Notes under the pieces: generated by a model
What the model was told of the DNA's origin: nothing
The model's database searches: none
Seen by the model: only the letters and a program-made list of their open reading frames with translations
Shown: in pieces, positions 55,918 to 64,000 of the stretch
Layout: every line of letters begins with the position of its first letter
Numbering within the stretch: position 1 is the first letter of the stretch
Origin: Candidatus Latescibacterota bacterium
GTDB lineage: Bacteria; Latescibacterota; UBA2968; UBA8231
NCBI GenBank assembly: GCA_965203355.1
Contig: OZ241889.1
Span: 832,001-896,000 of the forward strand
Direction of reading: 5' to 3'
DNA: 64,000 nt
Program-made: the position numbers and the translations under genes

Positions 55918-57501
55918 ATGCGTTTTTTTAACACAGCGGGGCCCATCATCGCGGCGGATCACTATCACATCCCGCCGCTGGAACGGCTGCGCCTCGACGA
56001 AGTCCTGCTGCTGATTCAGCAAAAGCGGTACTTTGTACTACACGCCCCTAGGCAGACGGGTAAAACGTCCACGCTGCTGGCGCTGATGGACGAGTTGAAT
56101 AGCATTGGGCATTATCGCTGCCTGTACATCAACGTCGAGATCGGCCAGTCGGCGCGGGAGGATGTGGGAGCGGCTATGCAGGCCATACTGGGGCAATTAG
56201 CTTCGAGGGCGGAACGTCTCTTGGGTGAGCGGATCGTGGCGGAAGTCTGGCGCGAGTCCCTGGCGGACTTAGGCCCCCACAGCGCGTTGCAAAATGTGCT
56301 GAGTCGCTGGTCGGCGGCCGACGACCGACCGCTGGTGCTGCTGATCGACGAAATTGACGCGCTGATCGGCGACACGCTCTTAGCCGTGCTCAGGCAACTG
56401 CGCGCCGGCTATCCCGACCGGCCGCAGCACTACCCGCAGACCGTCGTCCTGTGCGGTGTGCGCGATGTGCGCGACTACCGCATCCGATCGGCCACCGGAA
56501 ATGCCATTATTGCCGGCGGCAGCGCGTTCAATGTCCGCGCCGAATCCCTGCGCTTGGGCGATTTTTCACCAGATGAAGTGCAGGCACTGTTGGCGCAACA
56601 CACCGAGACCACCGGGCAGGTGTTTGCCGAGGACGCACAAGACGAGGTTTGGCAATGGACGCAAGGACAGCCTTGGCTGGTGAATGCTTTGGCTTACGAA
56701 GCGTGCTTTAGGAACAAGGCCGGACGCGATCGCAGTCGCGCCATCACGGCCGAGGCGATAAGCGATGCCCGCGAGCAACTCATTCTGCGACGCGAGACCC
56801 ACCTTGACCAACTCACTGACAAACTGCAAGAAGAACGGGTGCGGCGCGTGATCGAGCCGCTATTGAGTGGTGCCGAATCCACCGCGGCCATTCCCCAAGA
56901 CGATGTGGAATACGTGCGCGATTTGGGCCTGATTGCCCGCCGCGCTCCCATCGCCATTGCCAATCCGATCTATCAAGAGGTTATCCCCCGCGACTTGACC
57001 TACACCACGCAGGCATACCTCGTTCAGGACCCGGCCTGGTACGTGGACGCGGCCGGGCGGCTGCGCCTCGACGACTTGCTGACCGCGTTCCAAGTATTCT
57101 TCCGCGAACATTCGGAGCACTGGGTTGAGCGGTTCCAATACAAGGAAGCTGGTCCCCAGTTGCTCTTGCAAGCGTTTCTCCAGCGCATTGTCAACAGCGG
57201 CGGGCGGATTGAGCGCGAGTATGGCTTGGGCCGGATGCGCACGGACTTGCTGGTCGTGTGGCCAGTGCCCGGAGATGTTGCGTTGCAGCGGGTGGTGATC
57301 GAATGCAAACTACTGTACAAGAGCTTAGAACAGACCATCGTTGCGGGCCTCGACCAGACCCGCGCCTACATGGACCGCTGTGCCGCCAGCGAAGGGCATC
57401 TGGTGATTTTTGACCGCACGGCCGGCGTATCGTGGGATGACAAGATATTCCGCCGCGAGGAAGGCATGGGCGCGGAGAAGGTCGTCGTGTGGGGTATGTG
57501 A
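55918..57501 (+). CDS. AAA-like ATPase with C-terminal PD-(D/E)XK-type domain
   Basis: FFNTAGP, HAPRQTGKTS, LIDEID, QGQPWLVN, EREYGLGRMRTDL...VIECK. Confidence 0.9.
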   Translation: MRFFNTAGPIIAADHYHIPPLERLRLDEVLLLIQQKRYFVLHAPRQTGKTSTLLALMDELNSIGHYRCLYINVEIGQSAREDVGAAMQAILGQLASRAERLLGERIVAEVWRESLADLGPHSALQNVLSRWSAADDRPLVLLIDEIDALIGDTLLAVLRQLRAGYPDRPQHYPQTVVLCGVRDVRDYRIRSATGNAIIAGGSAFNVRAESLRLGDFSPDEVQALLAQHTETTGQVFAEDAQDEVWQWTQGQPWLVNALAYEACFRNKAGRDRSRAITAEAISDAREQLILRRETHLDQLTDKLQEERVRRVIEPLLSGAESTAAIPQDDVEYVRDLGLIARRAPIAIANPIYQEVIPRDLTYTTQAYLVQDPAWYVDAAGRLRLDDLLTAFQVFFREHSEHWVERFQYKEAGPQLLLQAFLQRIVNSGGRIEREYGLGRMRTDLLVVWPVPGDVALQRVVIECKLLYKSLEQTIVAGLDQTRAYMDRCAASEGHLVIFDRTAGVSWDDKIFRREEGMGAEKVVVWGM

Positions 57502-57556
57502 AGATTCGGCGGATGGAGCGAAAAACCCGCAAACAAATCAGAGGAGACATAGCGTT

Positions 57557-58342
57557 ATGAACGGTAGTACTGGACTTGAGCAGTACGTGACGATGGAAGA
57601 ATATCTCAAGGGTCGGCGCTGCATTATCACCGGCTCCAGTGGGACGATTGGCAAGCTCTTTGCGACCTTTATTGCCTCGCGCGGCGGAATCCCCATTCTG
57701 GTGGATGTGGTGCCGCAGGACGCCACGGTGGCGGCGGTTGAGTCCTGCGGTGGCGAGTACAGCGTCCATCGCGTGGACCTCAGCGATGTTGCCCAAATCA
57801 AATCCTTCTACGCTGAAATCGCCGAACAGTACGACGGCCTCGATGTGCTCATCAATAACGCCGGGCTGCTCAGCGAGGTAAAGTTGCTCGACATGACCGA
57901 GAGCGACTGGGATCGCGTCCTCAATGTAAATGCAAAAGGCGCGGCCTTTATGAGCCAGGGCGCGGTCGGCCTGATGCAGCATGGCAGCGGCGATCGACAA
58001 ATCATCAACATTGTGTCGCTGGCCGCGCTGGTGGGCGGGCTTTACGTGGGCGCACCCTATGTTTGCAGCAAGGCGGCCCTGCTCGGTCTCAGCCGCAACT
58101 ATACGGTGCAGGCAGGTAAGGAATTCGGCATCCGCGTCAATTCCATCAGCCCGGTTATTGTCAGCGGCCAGATGATTTCCAACACGCCGCGCGAAGCCAT
58201 TGACGGGGTCAAAGACCTAATGAAAGTGTGGAAGCAGGAAGTCCCCTCCATACATTTGCTTTATGTCTTTGAAATGCTGTGCAGAACCCCGTCGATGACG
58301 GGCAAGAATATCGTTCTCGATGGCGGCATTCTGCTGGAGTAA
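57557..58342 (+). CDS. Short-chain dehydrogenase/reductase
   Basis: TGSSGTIG, NNAG, YVCSK, RVNSISP, LDGG; GAGGAG RBS. Confidence 0.88.
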   Translation: MNGSTGLEQYVTMEEYLKGRRCIITGSSGTIGKLFATFIASRGGIPILVDVVPQDATVAAVESCGGEYSVHRVDLSDVAQIKSFYAEIAEQYDGLDVLINNAGLLSEVKLLDMTESDWDRVLNVNAKGAAFMSQGAVGLMQHGSGDRQIINIVSLAALVGGLYVGAPYVCSKAALLGLSRNYTVQAGKEFGIRVNSISPVIVSGQMISNTPREAIDGVKDLMKVWKQEVPSIHLLYVFEMLCRTPSMTGKNIVLDGGILLE

Positions 58343-58483
58343 GCGCTTGGTGCCAAAGCGTCTGCGACTCGGTGCCCGACGGCGCGTGCGCGGCGGGCTG
58401 GCCGGGCCGAGGTCCCATGCTCGAACAATCCTTCCGCCGCATCAGCCGACAAGACGCGCTCGCTCGCCTAAAGGAAGCTCGCC

Positions 58484-59272
58484 ATGACCGTTCTCCACGC
58501 CTCTGAGCTAAGTGCCGACGAACTCGACCAGTTTCACGAGCAGGGCTACGTGCGTCTCGGCCACGTCGCTCCCCGCGAGGAAATTGACGCCCTCTGCCAG
58601 CGCATTGACCAGATCATGCTCGGCGAAGTGCGCTACGACAACATGCTCATGCAGCTATGCCCTTCGGCCGGCAATCCCGACCTGTCGCGGCAAACCAAGG
58701 CGTTTAAGGGTTCCTCGCTCAAGTACCGCAAAATTCAGGATCTGGAGCAGGATCCGCTGTTCTTGGACTACATGCAAAAGCCGCTTTTCCGCGACCTAAC
58801 CGCTAAGGTCATCGGCGCGGAGGTTGCGATTTTTCGCGCCATGTTTTTCAACAAGCCCGCCGAGCAGGGGGTCGTGATCAACTGGCACCAGGACGGCGCT
58901 GGCGGCTGGCACCTGAGCATTCCCCCCAAAGTCACGATGTGGACCGCGCTCGACGCTACGTGCGTTGCCAACGGTTGCTTGCAGATCATCCCCAGTTCGC
59001 ACCACACCATGATCCCCGAGACCGGCGACCAACTCTCGGCGGACGAGCGTGCGCTACACGCACCGGATGAGAAGCGGCTGTATTTGGAAATGGAAAAAGG
59101 CGAGGTGGTGCTTTTGCACAACTGGACCTTGCACCGCTCGGAGACGAATAGCACCAATCGCCCGCGCCGTGCGTTCAGCGTCTGCTACATTGACGCGGCT
59201 ACTCGCCAAAAGACTACAGGTTGCGCCTTTCCCCGCGTCTTCCCGACCTACCAGCCTATTGGGAACAGCTGA
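58484..59272 (+). CDS. PhyH family dioxygenase
   Basis: EQGYV, FNKP, WHQD, NGCL..IP.SH, LHRS..N...RRA. Confidence 0.92.
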   Translation: MTVLHASELSADELDQFHEQGYVRLGHVAPREEIDALCQRIDQIMLGEVRYDNMLMQLCPSAGNPDLSRQTKAFKGSSLKYRKIQDLEQDPLFLDYMQKPLFRDLTAKVIGAEVAIFRAMFFNKPAEQGVVINWHQDGAGGWHLSIPPKVTMWTALDATCVANGCLQIIPSSHHTMIPETGDQLSADERALHAPDEKRLYLEMEKGEVVLLHNWTLHRSETNSTNRPRRAFSVCYIDAATRQKTTGCAFPRVFPTYQPIGNS

Positions 59273-59342
59273 CCCCATCTCTGTACCCTTTCCGTTACAC
59301 GCTCCGTCCCTCACAGCCCGCGGCCCCTCTGAGCCGCTGTCT

Positions 59343-59357
59343 TGGCACGATTTTTGC
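59343..59357 (+). promoter_or_regulatory. Sigma-54 (-24/-12) promoter
   Basis: TGGCACG-ATTT-TTGC, an exact match to TGGCACG-N4-TTGC, ending 42 nt before the Rpn ATG. Confidence 0.65.
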
Positions 59358-59399
59358 CTCTTGCCGGTGCCACCGCACCCGCAACCCAAGGCATCGCTC

Positions 59400-60311
59400 A
59401 TGGCCGAATTCGATACCATCGCCAAACACCTCATCCACACCTATCCCCGAGACTTCGCCCGCTTCGCCCTCCAACAAGACGACCTCGAAGTCCTCGACAT
59501 CCTCGACACCGAACAACCCACCGTTGAAGCCCACCGCACCGACAGCCTCATCCGCGTGCGCGTCCACGACGAGGAGGCCCTCATCCATCACGAATTTCAA
59601 ACCACCGACAGCAACCCCCCCATGCCGCAGCGCATGGCCGGTTACATCGGCCGCAGCATCGAACAGCACGGCCTGCCCATCTATGCCAACGTCATCTATC
59701 TGCGGCCCGACGCCGGCCGGCGCGACCCGGGGTATTATCTCCAAGCGCGGCGCGGCTTCCGCGTGTTGGTGCAATACCAAGTGATTCGGCTGAGTGAGCT
59801 AGACGGCCAACAGACGCTCGATGCGGGGGATGCGGGTTTGCTTCCGTTTGCGCCGTTGATGCAGCGGCCGACGGGTGTGGATGCGGCAGCATGGCTGCGC
59901 CGGTGTGTGAATCGGGCGCAACAGATGCCCATGGCCGCGCTCGCCAAGGCCGATTATCTGGTCCATCTTGCGATTTTGAGCGGGTTGGTGTATAAATCAG
60001 AAACGATTATGACCATCATCTCGGAGGCGACCATGTACGAATCGTCGGTAGTGCAGTATTTCACGGAAAAGGCACTTGAGCAAGGCATTGAGCAAGGCAT
60101 CGAGCAAGGCATTGAGCAAGGCGGCCGAGAACGCGCGATTGAATACCTGCTCGACGTGCTGGCGCTTCGCTTTGGGCTGGCCGCGTCGGCTCCATTGGCC
60201 GTCCGCTTGGGGTCTATTGACGATGTGCAGGACCTCAAGCAGTTGCATCGAGCGGCCATACAGGTGCCCAGTCTCGAAGCCTTTAGGCACTTGCTAGACG
60301 GCCTCGAGTAA
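59400..60311 (+). CDS. Rpn-family (recombination-promoting nuclease / putative transposase) PD-(D/E)XK protein
   Basis: FD..AK.L, TDSL, HHEFQT, MP.RM..Y, VIYL, VIRL.E, LLPFAPL, EQG repeats, L..RFG tail. Confidence 0.88.
   Translation: MAEFDTIAKHLIHTYPRDFARFALQQDDLEVLDILDTEQPTVEAHRTDSLIRVRVHDEEALIHHEFQTTDSNPPMPQRMAGYIGRSIEQHGLPIYANVIYLRPDAGRRDPGYYLQARRGFRVLVQYQVIRLSELDGQQTLDAGDAGLLPFAPLMQRPTGVDAAAWLRRCVNRAQQMPMAALAKADYLVHLAILSGLVYKSETIMTIISEATMYESSVVQYFTEKALEQGIEQGIEQGIEQGGRERAIEYLLDVLALRFGLAASAPLAVRLGSIDDVQDLKQLHRAAIQVPSLEAFRHLLDGLE
60033..60311 (+). CDS. Putative internally translated C-terminal small protein (RpnS-like, 92 aa)
   Basis: In-frame ATG 60033 preceded by GGAGG (60023-60027) at 5-nt spacing. 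Confidence 0.6.
   Translation: MYESSVVQYFTEKALEQGIEQGIEQGIEQGGRERAIEYLLDVLALRFGLAASAPLAVRLGSIDDVQDLKQLHRAAIQVPSLEAFRHLLDGLE
60078..60122 (+). repeat. 12-bp coding tandem repeat (EQGI x3 + EQG)
   Basis: GAGCAAGGCAT(T/C) repeated. Confidence 0.9.
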
Positions 60312-60326
60312 AGGTGCTGTGCAACG

Positions 60327-60428
60327 TCAGTGATAATTGATAAAGGCGACCTTGTGCTCGGTGAAAAACTCGGTTCTGGTGTCGCCTGATTCCGGGATCC
60401 CATGCCCGGAGGCCTTCACCTCGCCCCC
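60327..60428 (-). pseudogene. C-terminal stub resembling aldehyde dehydrogenase
   Basis: GG.VKASGHGIPESG....EFFTEHKVAFINY-stop resembles the ALDH tail FGG.K.SG.G.E.G...F.E.K. Confidence 0.55.
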
Positions 60429-60517
60429 ATATCCACGCGCATTTGCTTGACGTGCGCTAGCGCCCTGTCGGTGAACCTCGCGCTCGGCGTCATGTAGCTC
60501 CCGTGAAATGCTGCGGC

Positions 60518-61678
60518 TCAAGACCACAGCGGCACCCCGGCAGGCAGCGCGGCGGCGATGGCTTCTTCGTCTAGCTCGACGCCCAAGCCAGGGCCGTCGG
60601 GCACGGCGATATAACCTTGCTGAATGGGGTTCTTAATGTCGAGCATGGTGCTCCACAGCGGAATGTTGCGCGAGTGATGCTCTAAGGCGAGGAAATTGGG
60701 CAAGGTGGAACAGATGTGTACTGCGGCCATGCCCGTAATTGCGCTCCGCATGTAGTGGGGAGCTATGGACATGTGGTACATCTCGGCCAGTTCGGCGATG
60801 CGGCGGATTTCAATGGCACCGCCGCTGTGGGGAATGTCCGGCTCCAGCAGGTCGCAGGCCTGTTGTTCCATCAACTCGCGGAACATCTTAGCTCCGTAAA
60901 AAATCTCTCCAGTGCAGATCGGCGTCTCGGTCTGCTGACAGATCTTGGCCAAGGCGGCGACATTGCCCCACTCCCAGCGGATGGGATCCTCCAACCACAG
61001 CAGGTCGAGGTGCTCCACGTCTTTGCAGATGCGCAGCGCGTCGGCTAGGTTGAAGGAACCGTGCAAGTCGATGGACAAGTCGATGTAAGGGCCGATCGCT
61101 TGGCGCAGACTTTCGATGGTGGTGACGATGTGGTGGTGCTGCCGGCGGCTGATAGAGCGGTCGTACGCGTCGAGTTTCCAGGGGTTGGGTACATCGAGGT
61201 CGAACTTGATCGCGGTGTACCCTTCGGCTACCACCTCTTGGGCCATGGACACGTAGGCACTGGTTTCGTACACCGGGTCTAATTGCCCGCTGGCCCGCGT
61301 CTCCTGCCAGCGTCGCTCGGAGTCTTCCCGCGTCCAGTGTGCGCCCGAGTGGCAGTCGCAGTACACGCGGATGCGGTCGCGCAGTTTGCCGCCCAGCAGT
61401 TCGTGCATGGGTGCGTTTAGCTGCTTGCCGCGGATGTCCCACAGGGCAATTTCCACGCCAGCACCGCGGCCCTGCATCTGCCACAGGTGGTCGTAGTGCA
61501 GCCGGTTGATGTGGGTTGGGTCGCGGCCAATGAGCATTTGTTTGAGCAGCCCGATAGGCCCCCCAACAGTCCACTCGCCGAGGCCGACAATGCCTTCATC
61601 GGTGAAGATTTTCAGCAAGGACCAGTGGCGATTTGCCGCGCCGAGGGAAGGCGTAACTTTGATGTCGGTGATCTTCAT
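60518..61678 (-). CDS. Mandelate racemase/muconate lactonizing enzyme family (enolase superfamily) dehydratase
   Basis: GLGE, EIALWDI.GK, YTAIKFD, IDLH, WLEDP, CTGE, EPD, APH, LEH, PGLG. Confidence 0.92.
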   Translation of the reverse strand: MKITDIKVTPSLGAANRHWSLLKIFTDEGIVGLGEWTVGGPIGLLKQMLIGRDPTHINRLHYDHLWQMQGRGAGVEIALWDIRGKQLNAPMHELLGGKLRDRIRVYCDCHSGAHWTREDSERRWQETRASGQLDPVYETSAYVSMAQEVVAEGYTAIKFDLDVPNPWKLDAYDRSISRRQHHHIVTTIESLRQAIGPYIDLSIDLHGSFNLADALRICKDVEHLDLLWLEDPIRWEWGNVAALAKICQQTETPICTGEIFYGAKMFRELMEQQACDLLEPDIPHSGGAIEIRRIAELAEMYHMSIAPHYMRSAITGMAAVHICSTLPNFLALEHHSRNIPLWSTMLDIKNPIQQGYIAVPDGPGLGVELDEEAIAAALPAGVPLWS

Positions 61679-62082
61679 GTGCTCGCTTTCTTTGGCTTAA
61701 AATCAACTTAGTGGACCGAATAGTACTAGTGGGGGCGATCTAGATCTAGGCGTTCCTTTTAGCCGATTTTATAATAGCTCTGTTTTATCGCATCGACAAT
61801 CAGGGATAGAATACTTGGGGTCGCGGTCAAGTAGAAGAAGCACTCCTTGACGTGCGCGCCGCCGAAACAGCACCCGGTGCGGTGCGTACTCGAGCATCGT
61901 CCCGGCATGTTCGGGCTGGAGCCGCGGCGCAGTCAGTCGCCCGACTTCTTGACCGGCCTCTTGAAGAACCGCAGTTTGGAAGACGATTTTACGCGCCGCG
62001 CACTGTCGCGGCCCTTGTCGATCTGTACGCCAATGAATTCTAACAATCCGCCGTCGCCGATGGCCTCCTCTGAAGACCGAGG

Positions 62083-64000
62083 ATGAAACGCCCTAAAGAG
62101 CTACGTTTCATCTCGCTGAAGTACGCCGGACGCTGCCGATCGTGCGCCATGAGGATCGAGGTAGGCCAGCGCGCCCACTGGTCACCATCGTCAAAAGAGG
62201 TCTGGTGTATTGACTGCACAAGTGGCGAGGGTTCCGCGGTCCAAGTTACATCGGATAACGTAGCGGGCGATTCGCGGAATGCGGCAACGAACGCAACTCC
62301 CAGCCGTTCAAGCTCTTCAAAGCCTACTGCCAACAGCGGGCAAACTCCTTGGCAGCAATTATGCAATTATGCGCAGCGGTGCATTGAAGCGGAAGCAGCC
62401 AAATCACTGGTCCCATACGTCCAAAAGGACTCTCTGTGGTTCTTACACTCTGGGGAAGAAGAAATGGTGGTCGGGCAAAGCGATTCAACTTCGGCATCTG
62501 GAGCACTCCCCGATAAACTGAGGTCTCGCACCGGGTCGATCCTCTACGGCTGGCCGACTGTCGTCGTAACCGACCGCGATCACAGACCCAAGGTTACGCC
62601 CCTTTTCGCTGTTCAGACCGAGCCGGAACAAGGCCCCAACTACCAGTGGAAACTCCACGCTACTATGGAGCCAGAGTTCAACTTGGCCATCACGGCAAGC
62701 GGTATCTTCGACCCTTCGATTACTGAAGACATCAGCGACCTGTTAAGTCGCGGCTTGCCATTCGGAGATGCCGATGCTTTTGGCACCCTCGCCGGACGAA
62801 CCGCCGACCTGCTCGGGCTCGAGATCCGGTCGCCTCTCAACGCTAGAATCCTCGAATCGAACATAGACCGCAAACAAGGCGTCTATAACGCCGCGATCTC
62901 GGTCGTGACCGAGCGGTCTGGATACACCAGCACTCTGCTCGAAGAACTGCGACAACTCCAGACCCGAGAAGACTGGTCGACTACGGCTGCGGCACATCTT
63001 CTTCCCAACGGTTTCGCACAGCAGAAAAACAAGCGCCCCCTATCTGGGCTTCTTGCGGCACCACTTGTATGCAACCAATCACAGGAGGAAACACTCGAGC
63101 GTCTCCGCCGAGAATCTCTGACGATCGCGACCGGCCCACCTGGGACCGGCAAGACGCAACTCGTAGTCAACGCGGTTGCGAACGCGTGGCTGGACGGCGA
63201 CAAAGTCTTGGTGACCTCGACCAACAATGGTGCGGTTGACGTGGCCGTAGATCGTGCGGAAAAGGACGTGAGTAGCGGCTTGTTAGTCCGCACCGGCAAT
63301 CGCGACATGCACGAGCAGGTTTCGGATCGCATTATCGCGGCATCGGCTCAGGCGGCAGCGCAGCGCGGCAACCAAGCCGTAGCGCGTGCCCAATTGAAGC
63401 GAGTCGCCACTGAGCGCACCCAGCTAATGGAGAAATTGGCTCGGCTGGACGAACTGGATGTGGAACTGTTGCATTTTGTAGAGAAACAAGCGGAACTCCG
63501 GCAAGCCTTGAAAGATGTGGCGCGAGTACTCTGGCCTAATGCAAGTCCTCCTAAGCTACCGGTCAGTTCCCGCAAAATAGAGCGCCGAGCTAGCCAGTTG
63601 TTGAGGGTGTGGTTGTTCCGTCGCTTCCGTGCGCGTCGTTTCTGTCAGCGGCTCGGTTGCTGTGAAACCGCTCCATTGGAGCAACTCGTCACTTGGGCTC
63701 GGATTGATCAGCGCCTAGCAGAGCTGACCTCTCAATTGGAAATTGGACGAGCGGAACGTCGACAACTGAAATCCGAAGTGGGCGATCCGTCGAGCAGTGT
63801 GCGCGAAGCAGACCAGAAATGGGCCGATGCAAGCCTCTACGCAATTCGCGTGGACACGGCAACGCGAGTCTCTTCCGGTGCTGACCGTCTAGCAGCTTTC
63901 GGCACAATACCTGCCAACGGCGACCGCTTTAAAAGAGCAATTAGCAATTCGTTTCAACACTTGCGAGGCTGGGCCTGCACGGCATTAACAGCCCATTCTA
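62083..64000 (+). CDS. Upf1/DNA2-like superfamily 1 helicase (AAA_11/12) with N-terminal CxxC..CxxC finger; runs off window
   Basis: Manual translation: MKRPKELRFISLKYAGRCRSC...WCIDC...NQSQ...TGPPGTGKTQ...LVTSTNNGAVD...GWACT; frame checked at start, Walker A and window end. Confidence 0.88.
   Translation, partial: MKRPKELRFISLKYAGRCRSCAMRIEVGQRAHWSPSSKEVWCIDCTSGEGSAVQVTSDNVAGDSRNAATNATPSRSSSSKPTANSGQTPWQQLCNYAQRCIEAEAAKSLVPYVQKDSLWFLHSGEEEMVVGQSDSTSASGALPDKLRSRTGSILYGWPTVVVTDRDHRPKVTPLFAVQTEPEQGPNYQWKLHATMEPEFNLAITASGIFDPSITEDISDLLSRGLPFGDADAFGTLAGRTADLLGLEIRSPLNARILESNIDRKQGVYNAAISVVTERSGYTSTLLEELRQLQTREDWSTTAAAHLLPNGFAQQKNKRPLSGLLAAPLVCNQSQEETLERLRRESLTIATGPPGTGKTQLVVNAVANAWLDGDKVLVTSTNNGAVDVAVDRAEKDVSSGLLVRTGNRDMHEQVSDRIIAASAQAAAQRGNQAVARAQLKRVATERTQLMEKLARLDELDVELLHFVEKQAELRQALKDVARVLWPNASPPKLPVSSRKIERRASQLLRVWLFRRFRARRFCQRLGCCETAPLEQLVTWARIDQRLAELTSQLEIGRAERRQLKSEVGDPSSSVREADQKWADASLYAIRVDTATRVSSGADRLAAFGTIPANGDRFKRAISNSFQHLRGWACTALTAHS

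Noticed and set aside
61720-61750. Cluster of short palindromes (TAGTACTA, ACTAGT, CTAGATCTAG)
   Set aside because: Short, CTAG is common in this genome, and no second copy or associated recombinase was found.

Overview
High-GC bacterial chromosome segment. The long ~1,090-aa SecA, DUF6785-like membrane protein relics, several PhyH/enolase/SDR catabolic genes and solo AAA/Rpn/TA genes resemble Latescibacterota/Poribacteria-like, possibly sponge-associated, genomes (inference only). 1-17 kb is housekeeping: alternative sigma-70 factor, rhamnulokinase, purC, GT2, secA, nusB and a riboflavin operon headed by an S55-peptidase/beta-propeller pair. 17-64 kb is a catabolic backbone interrupted by many small, often lower-GC cassettes with no integrase or IS transposase in the window. 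These are TA pairs, AAA ATPases, an acidic protein + SNF2/RapA-like helicase pair, a type ISP R-M enzyme + Schlafen/AlbA_2 protein, an orphan Tsp45I-like MTase, Rpn and an SF1 helicase, plus many gene stubs. Most notable: (i) an uncharacterised two-gene SNF2 cassette lying between two diverged copies of the 5' end of a GH32 gene and translationally coupled to the stub; (ii) similar gene-end duplications at two other sites, suggesting integrase-free insertion-duplication; (iii) G/T-to-C/A skew switches at variable junctions; (iv) a catalytically degenerate RibB domain; (v) triplicated ECF-like promoters before the sigma gene; (vi) an Rpn gene with a sigma-54 promoter and an internal RBS/start; (vii) CCWGG depletion with enrichment of its deamination products. 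All family assignments are from motif recognition by eye, not database searches.
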